A DNA stretch of 64,000 bases from Lepidodermella squamata (taxonomy: Eukaryota > Animalia > Gastrotricha). Shown here in pieces: positions 31,902-41,795 of this stretch. The notes under the pieces are model-generated. The model saw only the letters and a program-made list of their open reading frames with translations, had not been told where the DNA came from and did no database searches. Location: positions 1 to 64,000 of the forward strand of contig JBLDXI010000057.1 of assembly GCA_047495785.1 (NCBI GenBank). Direction: 5' to 3'. A program made the translations under genes and the position numbers. The first letter of the stretch is position 1. Every line of letters begins with the position of its first letter.

Positions 31902-34263
31902 CTAAGTACCCCAAGTTGTTCTAAGCTTTGTGAATTTCTCTTTCAAAGTCTTGGTCAAAAGTATTGGATAAAATATGAATAGCTCAGGGATGGAGTTCAA
32001 TATAATAACCCCAAAGAGATTCGGCAGGAAAATGAATGATAAGAAGATGGCTTCAGCCGAAACTTGCGTTATGTCATTGATATGGACGTGCGTTAGAGAA
32101 AGGTCGATTTTACCAACGAGGAATCTGAAAGCCATAACTGTAAAAACTACTTTTATCAGAACTAATGGGATAGCTTTTGCGATGGCTAAGATGAGGAAAG
32201 CCGCCGCGAATGCTTTGTCCCCTTTTTCATCAGGGCCAATGGCTAAATATGCTATCAATGAAACGAAGATGAGACTCCAATTGAGTAATCTCATTGAGTT
32301 TGATTTCTCAAACACAAATCCCAGCCCGCAATATGCGCTTGCACATGCGTAGAAAAGCCGAACTGAAGATAGCATTGTTCCTGTCGGGTCGAATGCGGCG
32401 AAGAAAAATATTAATGCAGACCAAACGATCTTCATCATTCCCCAAATGAAACGAATGTACAAGGGGAAGCGTGTGTATTCTCCTTTTCGATACAGCCGTT
32501 CGGCAATCCTTTCATCGATGGTCTTATCTGAGTGCGATAAGCGAATGGATAAATTCGCTGTCGCAGCATCACTACCGGCATTCTGTGGAAAAAAAGTAAA
32601 AATTTCACAACAATTCGCTTATCGACTGAAACTACTTCAAGTCTTTTTTGTCCCCGTTCTCGTCGCAGTCTGACCTGCAAAACAATTTGAAATCTCGCAT
32701 TAAACCAATGTTATGAGCTAAACGTTGACAAAAACAGAACTGGGCAATTTCGTCCAGTTCCATTCAGCGACCGATGAATTAATATTCACCTGATGTTCCA
32801 ACTCTTGATTTCTTGCCGCCAAATTTTCAAGTGCCACATTTTTTTCTTCCACCTGCAACATGTTTTGAATTAGTCTTAACAGCATTAAGATCTCCACTTA
32901 CTTCAATGGCCAGCCTGCCATTATCAGCCTCTAGCGTCTCGATTCGTTCCGTGTTTGTTGAAATCTATAATGTAAAAATTCATTAAATATTTCCAAATAA
33001 TGAATCAGCAATCAGCGTTGAATTTTAACTGCTTCTTCTATTGCAAGCACGTGCTTGTGAACGTGGCAACCAAAGCTATTCACCTACCTGATCTTCCATT
33101 TCTTGATTTCTTTCCAACAGTCTACTAATTTCCGTACTTTTATCTTCCATCTGCAATTTTTGTAATTTAGCAGTTGAATTAAGTATTCACTACATCTTTA
33201 CTTACTTCTGAGGCCAGTCTGACCTTATCAGCCTTTAGAGCCTCGATTTGTCTAGTGTTTGTTGAAATCTGTAGGAGATAGAAGTTCATTTACGGTATTT
33301 CCAACTGTATCGAATGCTAACGGCTTCTTTTAGTGAAAGAACGTGCTTGTGAACGTGGCGCTTGTCGTCGGGTGTCGCCATTAATTTAGAAGCATGTTCT
33401 AGAAACAGTGGCTTTTTTAGGATTTCCACCATAGAAAGTCTTGAACTAGGCTCCATGCACATAACACCGGTTAGCAATAAATCGCGAAGGTCAAGCCACT
33501 CGCCATCGAGATCTCGAAGTAGTCTGAAAATCGGGCGTACAACTTCATGAACATAAAATGGTCGCTGTTACCTATCTTTGACATAGTTTTCATCGATAAT
33601 CTGTTGCAGTGTTTTGATTAGCCTGCTTAACGTTACAAGTTCATAGGCGATTAAGCCAAATGCCCAGATGTCAGTTGGCGGCTTGCTCCTTTGGTTTACA
33701 TCCCTGTTTTCGGGCGGCGTGGCCCAAAGGGTTCCAATAGAGATCACTGTATTTGGAGTGCCGAGAAGCTTGGCTATTCCTAAATCGGCAATCTTAACCG
33801 TCTTGCCGTCGGTAGTAAGCAAGATATTCTCCGGTTTCAAATCCCGATGTACAATATCCATATCGTGGAGGTAGGCTATTCCTAGACCTAGCTGCGTCAG
33901 CCAATCGACCACTTTCTCTCGCGGAAATCGCTGTTCCTTCTGCCTATCGATAGCCTGCTTAAGACTTCCCGATCCGCAAAACTCCAACTCAAGAAGCAAG
34001 CGATCATTCTCGTCTATCCAATGGCTGAAAATGCGAATTACGTTAGGGTGGCTCAATGTAGCTAAAATCTGAGCTTCTTGAAGAACCATGCGCCGCACGT
34101 CCGGATAGTCCGTATGGAAGTCTCGGTTGATCTTTAATATGACATCTCGGGTACATTTTCGCAGCTCGACATTGGCGAAACCACCGTTATGAAACTTCTT
34201 GTCGTGTTCAATCTCGGTAAATTCTGATTTATTTCCATCAATAATTGACTCAATAGATGACAT
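31902..34263 (-). CDS. Ser/Thr kinase (NEK-like) + coiled coil + multi-pass membrane domain, copy B
   Basis: Kinase exon 33572-34263 and intron 33524-33571. Four 63-nt phase-0 exons (33206-33268, 33088-33150, 32902-32964, 32790-32852). Terminal exon ...DERIAERLYRKGEYTRFPLYIRFIW... is homologous to copy A. Confidence 0.82.
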
Positions 34264-34869
34264 TTTAGTTTGAAAAAATTGCAGGAAATTTTAAACGAGC
34301 ACGAAAAAGAAGTTCTTATCCTGGAGAAATACTTGAGATATAAAATGAACAGAAATATCTCCCAACGTGAAAATAGTTACAAGATTAGATAGCTGTATCA
34401 TTGGGATTCGTGCCCGTCATTGTTTGTTCTAGTATAAACAATGCTAGATTATAAGGAGAGAATATGTTCTGAGTTTTTTATTCCGAGCAGAATTCAGCCA
34501 TTTAAGCGAAAGTAGCAGCAACATTTCCTTTGGCTGCGTTCCCTATTACATTCACTTTTTCTATTACTTTTTCAGGTGGACCCGATATTTAGCGACTCAA
34601 CTGCCGCTCAGGTTTGAGTGCTATGACTATGGGACTTGGATTGTTAGATTCCTCAACACGCACGAAGAATCGTTTCGTATAATTTTAAGATCTGTTAAAA
34701 ATTTGTTAATAAATAAAAAACAAGTCCCATATAGTCATTTTTCATTTTTCATTTATTCGATATGAGACGTCATTCGCTTTCATTTCTTGTCGAACGTGAT
34801 GGAGCTGGTGATTTACGATTCCGAGGTAGCGAGTCTTATAGGGTTTATAGGGTTGACAGTTTTGCTTGT

Positions 34870-35027
34870 CAAGATGTTGCAGAGTGGATGTTGCTTTTTC
34901 AAGAAATTCGGAGAATTCCAGGTTGTACTGACTAGACTGGACATTTACGAAACCATCGCGGCCAAGCTCATATTGGAAAAATTCTTATTTATTTCCATCA
35001 AAATACAGTTGACTCGAAATTTGACAT
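34870..35027 (-). pseudogene. Degenerate remnant of a fourth kinase copy
   Basis: ATGTCAAATTTCGAGTCAACT..GATGGAAATAAA start and GRDGFVNVQ G-loop, with frameshift, stop and internal deletion. Confidence 0.6.
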
Positions 35028-35300
35028 TTTAGGTATATAAGAGTGTAGAGAGCAGTAAATTTTATAATAGCACGAAAACACTCCCTATTTTTTGAGAAAT
35101 TTTTGAATACTAGGAGTGTAAAAAGTTTTTTTGTCTATAGGTATCCTATTTCAAGATTTACGGGGAAATGGAAAATTTCAAAATTAGATGCATAAGGGCT
35201 GAACTGATGCCCGTCATTGTTGCTGTAGCCATAAAATGTCACGAATAGTAGCGACTAGCGACAATCATTTTGAGAAAAACTAGATAAGGTGTGAACGAGC

Positions 35301-37985
35301 TCAAGCGAAAGCTGCAGCAACAACGCTTGTGCTGAGGCCATTCGAATATAAAACATAAAAGTGCAAAATGAAGAAAATGATCGTGGCAAATATAGCCATG
35401 AATAGATCAATCAGGCGAACCATGTTGATCATTTTGCAACAACGTATCGATCTACGCCCAGTTTCAGGGCCGTAAATCGACAGCGACAGCCACAACATCG
35501 AAAAGTTGTAGATGGTGCAGCCGACTGAGAACCACGTCAACAGTTGAACATACGTCCCCAACAGAGTATCAATTGGTTTTTTCGGGACTTCAGCCATGAC
35601 GAGATTCTGGAGTACGGCAGTTGCCAAAATCAGAGTTATACCGGCCGATGAGCGATCGGGTATGTCAGGTGGCGACAGAAATACAATTAGGTTAAGCGCA
35701 GCGAGGGCAGAAGCGGGGACTGCCATGTTTTTGACGTAGTAGCGGGGGTTGCGAATTAGGGATACTTCGAAGGTCACTGTCGAAACAGTAGCGCCGTTGT
35801 AGAAACCCTGCCCGGTGTAGTTTCGAGTTGAAACCAAGTCCCAACCTGATCCATCGTCTGCAAAGTTGTCAAACAGGAAAATTAGACTTTCTTGATCAAA
35901 AACGACTAAATTGATTGAGGTCATGAGGGCGAACGTGAATTGGCACGTCTGAGTGTCGAAAGGGAAGAGCGTCAAATCCAGAGCACAGTTAGCGTCCAGA
36001 ACGCCCTCTTTCGTCCAATAGAATTCGAAAGTCCTGTTGATAGCGAGCTGCTTTGATGAGACCAACATCAAATAGTCATCGCTTGCTATGATGTCCTTCA
36101 TCATCGTATTGGATCCAGCTGCGGTCATGAATCTGTATTTAGGCAGCCAAAGGTCATCAGGCTTCGTGACTTCGACTTGTTCAAAATCCTTGCCAGTTGG
36201 TTCTTTTGGGTCGAAACAACCCCACGGGCAGGTATCGACTCGCCATTTCATAACCAACATCGCGTTGACTGAGATCTGCTCGTCAACTGTTGAGATTCCA
36301 TTTAGACTGGTCACTTGGAACCCGGCAATTAACTTCATCGGCAGATTATTCGTTATTGGCGCTCGAAGTTTCGAGCTGAATAAAACGCAATCGATATACT
36401 TTTGAGTCACGAGATAACGCGGCTCTGGATCACTTAGACGTGGCACCAAGTTCTCGCTTATGGTCTTACCCGTCAATTTCGTGTCGTTCGGCTTGGTGTA
36501 ACCGCAGGCGTATTTGATGTTAGCAATGTCGTCTTGGCTCAGAACGCCATCGTAGAGCAGGAAACATGAGAATGACGTTGCTTCTGTCGACGATTGAAAA
36601 CCGATTTGCAGGGTACTTTTACCGGTGTCGTGAGCCCATTTTTCAGGCGATACCACAGACTGTGATGCGGAGATGGTAGTATCGAACTGAATGTTTTGAC
36701 TGTAATTCATGACCGTGCCTTTATCCAAGTCGACAACGAAAGCAAACATTTGCCACGAATTGGAGTGGCTGTAAGACGCTATTGCCTCGGAGTCATCCGC
36801 CATGAAAGAGAAATCAGCGGGGTCATCTACAGCGGCATTGTGGGGCTTGATCGACACCTTTGACTCTGAGCAGCGAACTTCGAACAGCCCGGTGACTTGG
36901 GCTAGCTTTACGTCGTCTCCAACAACGCCGCATTTCGCCTTGACGTAGAAGGCCACGGTGAAACTTTTCTGAGGCATCTTGACATCGCCATACGCAGCTA
37001 GGATACCACTCGCAGCAAAACTCCCCGTTGAGTACGGGCTGTCGACTGAACTTAGCGTAACCCTGTAATTCTGGCTCGGTTGTCTCGGCTTGTACGTGAT
37101 TTTCCCACTTTGATCAGTGCCAATGAGTTTCGTTGCTGACGAAAGGGGCCAATATCCCAAGAGAGATCTCGAATTCGGGACCTTCGTTAAGTCGAGTTTA
37201 GACTTGAATACCAAGTTGTCATTTTCCGACGGCGTCGGTAGCGCTGATTGGCACGGTGCTAAGAAAAGCTGAGCGATTTCATCGCTGTTAAGTTCGGTTG
37301 CAAAGAGCGAGACACAAGACATCATTCTGCCTCGAAGAAAATCCAGTTTACACTGAAGCTCGTTGTCGCCACAAATAGTCGGGTTCTCGTCTGTTGGCTT
37401 GCCAATCGTTAAGGTAGCTGTCGAATCCGTCGTGATGTTGATTTTGACCGGCGCCGTACACGCCTGTGATTGAACCCGCCGAGTTGTCGAATCGATTCGA
37501 TACCGCGTAACCTGCCCGTTTGCGTTATTGTACGTCAACGCATGCAGGTAAACATCGGCGTTGGAGTCGCCCGTTCCCGACAGAACAGCGCACGGTTGCA
37601 GTTGGATGTTCTTGTTTGCTAAAAAGCCTTCGCTTGAGATCGATATGATGCCATCTAATGACACTGTGGCTGTGGGCCCCTCCATAGCGGTGTGGTAGGC
37701 TATTGTGAATGACTTGGCCATAACGAGCCTTACATCGTAGGTGGCGATCGGCGCCTCCTCGTCCATGGATAGGTAGAACCCGGTGTCAACGTTTTTCGGG
37801 GCGGTGAACATCGGGGAATAGATCGATTGAGTCGGGCGGCTAATTTTTGCTCGCATGATTCCTTCAAGTTTGTTGTAGCCGTCAAGTGGCCAGAATCCCA
37901 TGAGAAAGTCTTGGCCAGGCAAATTAGCAGGCACATCGAAACCCGCCACCACAGTCGCGAAGGCCAAAAGAAGGATGGCTTCCAT
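35301..37985 (-). CDS. Cys-loop (pentameric) ligand-gated ion channel subunit with two N-terminal LamG/pentraxin-like domains, copy 1; single coding exon
   Basis: Signal MEAILLLAFATVVAG (ATG 37985). Repeats LMGFWPLD..FTIAY..LNSDEIAQL and LLGYWPLS..FTVAFYVK..WQMFAFV..LYDGVLSQDDI. Channel part has LWLP, Cys-loop CALDLTLFPFDTQTC, RNPRYY and four TM helices. Confidence 0.9.
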   Translation of the reverse strand: MEAILLLAFATVVAGFDVPANLPGQDFLMGFWPLDGYNKLEGIMRAKISRPTQSIYSPMFTAPKNVDTGFYLSMDEEAPIATYDVRLVMAKSFTIAYHTAMEGPTATVSLDGIISISSEGFLANKNIQLQPCAVLSGTGDSNADVYLHALTYNNANGQVTRYRIDSTTRRVQSQACTAPVKINITTDSTATLTIGKPTDENPTICGDNELQCKLDFLRGRMMSCVSLFATELNSDEIAQLFLAPCQSALPTPSENDNLVFKSKLDLTKVPNSRSLLGYWPLSSATKLIGTDQSGKITYKPRQPSQNYRVTLSSVDSPYSTGSFAASGILAAYGDVKMPQKSFTVAFYVKAKCGVVGDDVKLAQVTGLFEVRCSESKVSIKPHNAAVDDPADFSFMADDSEAIASYSHSNSWQMFAFVVDLDKGTVMNYSQNIQFDTTISASQSVVSPEKWAHDTGKSTLQIGFQSSTEATSFSCFLLYDGVLSQDDIANIKYACGYTKPNDTKLTGKTISENLVPRLSDPEPRYLVTQKYIDCVLFSSKLRAPITNNLPMKLIAGFQVTSLNGISTVDEQISVNAMLVMKWRVDTCPWGCFDPKEPTGKDFEQVEVTKPDDLWLPKYRFMTAAGSNTMMKDIIASDDYLMLVSSKQLAINRTFEFYWTKEGVLDANCALDLTLFPFDTQTCQFTFALMTSINLVVFDQESLIFLFDNFADDGSGWDLVSTRNYTGQGFYNGATVSTVTFEVSLIRNPRYYVKNMAVPASALAALNLIVFLSPPDIPDRSSAGITLILATAVLQNLVMAEVPKKPIDTLLGTYVQLLTWFSVGCTIYNFSMLWLSLSIYGPETGRRSIRCCKMINMVRLIDLFMAIFATIIFFILHFYVLYSNGLSTSVVAAAFA

Positions 37986-39531
37986 GATTCCGAATACGAA
38001 AAAAATGTTCACCTGAGTAAATAAAGAATCTTGCTCGAGCTCGAAAAATTGCAAAAAATGCGGTGAGCGAGATTAATTTTGAAATATCGCCAGTCCGAGT
38101 GAGTGGTTTTATTGCTACACAAAATTGCGTTTATTTAGCTGTAGAAACAGACAGATATATAGCTATGTGTTTTGCCTGCCAGGCCGTTTTAGTGGGCGTG
38201 GTGTAATATATTGTTCGGTTTGAGGATTTGCCAACCTCCGCAGATCGAAAACCCGCCCAGCATCAATATGTTGCACTGATTTTAATATTTCTGCCCAGGG
38301 TTAGGCTGAAACCCGAATATTTTCATACAAAAGGGCTGTAGAAATCCTAGATCAGTCCAAAGTAAAATCGAAATTGTGATAGTTGACAAGCGAAAAATGC
38401 GGTTTGCCAAAAAATCTAAAGGGGGCGTGTTAACTCGAAGACGAATAATTCTTTGATTTCATGATGCCCTTGATTAATTGATTTTGTAAATTTTGATTTG
38501 TTTCAAGTTCAGACAGCTACCACGCTCCCATCCTCCTTAAAATGAGGGAAAACTCCAAAATTTAGGAAATTTCACCAAACCCAACATTTTTCTTGATATA
38601 ACGGTCACTTTTGGAAGAATGGAGTATCGTGGGCGGTGGGGAAAGCTGGGGAGTTTTAAATGCAGGCAAATCCCTATCGTTAGCGACGCGCCAAAACAAC
38701 CAGTTTGATGATTCATTCGATCGTACTTCAAGGAGCCTAGCGTAATGATGCAGTACGTTCGGCTTTTTTGAGCACTGAATGTACTGATCGTAATTTGCAT
38801 TTACGTTCAATGGCCGAACGTACTTACCAAGAAAAATCTATAAACAGTAAAGTTGTTGTTTTGGCGCGTCGAAAACGCTATCTCTACAACTTCTTCAACT
38901 TCGCCAATTTTTAACGGGAAAAGTCAAATGGCTGCGCAGGTATTTAAACATCAAAATCGTTACATCTATCGTCGAAAAACGCATTGGAAAAAAACCAAGT
39001 TCGCAAACTTTCCCCGTATAAAAACTGAATGGCCAGCGGAAGCATAAGAAAGTAAAGTGGGACAAAAAGCACAAGAACAACTTTTAGTTGGTGAAACTAT
39101 GTAGATCGTTGTTCAACTTTTCCCAGGAATTTTTCTAAATCAAATTTTGAATTGATTTTCTCCCTTTTATGTGGTGAGTTGAAATTGCAAACCAATAGCA
39201 ACACAATTCCCTATGTTATAACTGCGCAAATTTTGATATAGGAATCTTTTAAATGGGAACTGTGGCGAGTGTGCCTTGCGGAAGAAATCAAACACAGTTT
39301 TTCTAACTACCTATCTCATGTTATAGTAGTTAATGAAACAAGAAGGATAAAACAGAGAGGCTTAGGCTTGGGTAAACAACAGCGACTGTTTCAAGATGCG
39401 TTCCGATGGTAAGCTCTATTCTTAATATATCGCATACCATACGGCTCGCAAGTGTAGTTAATCAGCTGTGTAGGAAATATCTGGTATACTTTCTGTCCGG
39501 TGGAAAAATTAATCAAAATTCCAATAAGCTG

Positions 39532-40294
39532 GCACATTTTCCGGCCCGCCGGTGTTTCCTCCGCGCGCGCGCTCCTATTGGTTGGGGCTTATTGCGCAAC
39601 ATTTCAAGATAATTATAGCCTACCCCCGCGCGCGCGCACTCGAACGCGCCTGAGCGCCCGTGCGCTAAGTCTATGACAGTTTGCTAAGTCGAAGACGAGC
39701 ATGCTGCATGCTTTTCAACAAAAATATAAGCCCACCCTTGAAAAGGATGTTTGGTATTGTTAATACGACAACAAAATTGACTGCATCGTGACGGCCTACA
39801 CGTCTTTATTTGATGACTTATCTGTTCGTATCCAAAAACACCGGCCATAAGAATTTAAAAAGTTGATTTAAGAAAGGATGCGATGGATTTTTTTCGAGGA
39901 ACCCGCTTTTTTTTATGAAAAATTATAAAATAAAAAAAATAAACTGGAAATAGCCATTTTAGGCGCGCTATTTTAGGCTATTTTAGGGTTATGTTGAACA
40001 CTTCAGGGAAAATTCGGTTCAAATTTAAAATCAACTTGAAACACCAAATACCAATGAAAAAAAGTGAAAATACGAAAATTTCGCCTTTTATTCCACCCAC
40101 CACGCATATCCAACCCCTAGCGCGCCGTTATTCTCCTGAATTTCGGACTTGTACATTTTCCAGCGCGCGCGCGCGAGGGAGGGCTGCAATTATTTGTTGC
40201 GCAATAAATGCGAGCGAGGCGTATTTACGCGTAAAACGAGCCAACCAATAGGAGCGCGCGCGCGGAGGAAACACCGGCGGGCCGGAAAATGTGC
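39532..40294. mobile_element. Non-autonomous TIR element (Mutator-like MITE), ~53 bp TIRs, 9 bp TSD AATAAGCTG
   Basis: GCACATTTTCCGGCCCGCCGGTGTTTCCTCCGCGCGCGCGCTCCTATTGGTTGG at the left end is perfectly inverted at 40241-40294; AATAAGCTG at 39523-39531 and 40295-40303. Confidence 0.9.
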
Positions 40295-40443
40295 AATAAG
40301 CTGTGCTTTAGCCATTCTGCCTTTCATTAAATCTGGGCAAAGCGGGGCACTTAAGAAGAAATAATTTTAAAACACATAATATTATTTTATTTTTTTATTA
40401 AAATATTTAGGAGGAATTTTCTTGGCTTGGCATTTATTTCAAA

Positions 40444-40971
40444 ATTGAAGTTTGACGTTCGGGTAACTGGCGAGGGAAGCAACGCCGCACATATTAAGGC
40501 CACTTTCAAATCGAATGTAGCCATCCTCGCCCCAATCAGGCCCATAGCTATAGAAGTTAAGTACACATTATAAAAATCCTGTCAATTAAATCAATATTAT
40601 CTCACCTATTTTTAGCTATCCAAGCCCACTTTCTCGCGCTATAGTCGTAAGCATGGCCAACTATAAGCTGTAAAATCAAGAATTTTTCACGAAATCAGTC
40701 AAACGTGACGGAACTCACCAAGGCGTGGTTCAGTTGCGATGCGTTGCATAACGGCTCGTTATAGATACCATCCAAATAAAATTGAATTGAAAAATGGCTC
40801 GCGTCAACACCGATTGAAACAGGCCCGAAATATAGAGCCTAAATATCAAGAAAAATCAACTAAAAATGATTTCGGCTGAAAATGGTTAGCCACCTTCCAC
40901 AACTCGAACTCGTCGTTTTCTTTGACTTTGCAGTAAGGATTCGAGTCATCCAGCGGTGCGTAGAGTTTAGC
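40444..40971 (-). pseudogene. 3' fragment of the cathepsin gene at 47584-48959
   Basis: Close nucleotide copy of about 47584-48107, including introns; the 5' half is missing. Confidence 0.85.
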
Positions 40972-41598
40972 ATATTGAAAAAATTGAAAGTTTGCATCAC
41001 CAGCCTGATTACGGATTCACATTCTCTGATAAAGCAACATGCGAGACGTGTGAGTTTATTACTCTCTGTTTTAACTTGTTATTAAATCTTAATAAGCAAA
41101 TAGGGGTATATATCGGCGACTGCGAGTCTTCATCCAGATTTGCTCCACTATACCGTAACGGGCTGAAGCGAGACGAAGCAGAATCAGCTTGTGCTGGCTT
41201 GAGTTCTCGGCTGTCTTGGATTCAGAGCCCAGACGTGCAAGCTGAGGTTGCGAAGTAAGCTTGCTAGTTGATAGAACTGTTCCGAAATCGTTTCGATTTC
41301 AATAGACCTCAGCCTGCCTTGGGGTTGCAACGGCATGTGGATTGGTGGTATGAACGGTCTTGGCGCCAGCAATGGAACCTATTACTGGGACATCGAACTT
41401 CCGATCGGCTGGCAAGGAAATTGGGAAGCAAGTAATATCATCAACTAGATGCTGTGCGGGACGAGTTCGAAGGATGGAAGCACGAATTCGGCATTCATTA
41501 CCGTGACTCCATCGTCGAACAATTCCGCTGGGAGACGGGATCTTTAAAATCGTGACGCCATTGAAAGGTACAACTTGAACTGAGGATTGGTCGAAAAC
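40972..41598 (+). pseudogene. Fused fragments of a C-type-lectin gene (about 40972-41436) and a cathepsin prodomain exon (about 41440-41598)
   Basis: Similar to about 20000-20470 (TGCATCACCAGCC.GATTACGGATTCAC; PWGCNGMWIGG) and to about 52165-52325 (GACGAGTTCGAAG.ATGGAAGCACGAATTCG). Confidence 0.8.
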
Positions 41599-41795
41599 GC
41601 CTTTATTTTGTCAATGAAAAATAATAACTATTTCGGAGTTCTTGAAAATTGATATAATCCTGCTATTTGAAGTCAATAAAGTCATCTGCTTACTCGTCAT
41701 CTTCAGGGTATAACAACAAATTATCAAGCGCATCAGAAGCATAATCGGCCCCGTTCTTTGTCCATGAGCCGTCAAGAAATATGAATGCAAGTTTA

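Noticed and set aside
35301-37985. Calling the channels nicotinic acetylcholine receptor alpha subunits
   Set aside because: No vicinal Cys pair in loop C and the aromatic box residues are not evident; the ligand is unknown.
38537-39500. Short ORFs between channel copy 1 and the MITE (and similar ones at 54971-56182)
   Set aside because: No motifs, AT-rich, no consistent splice pattern; treated as non-coding.
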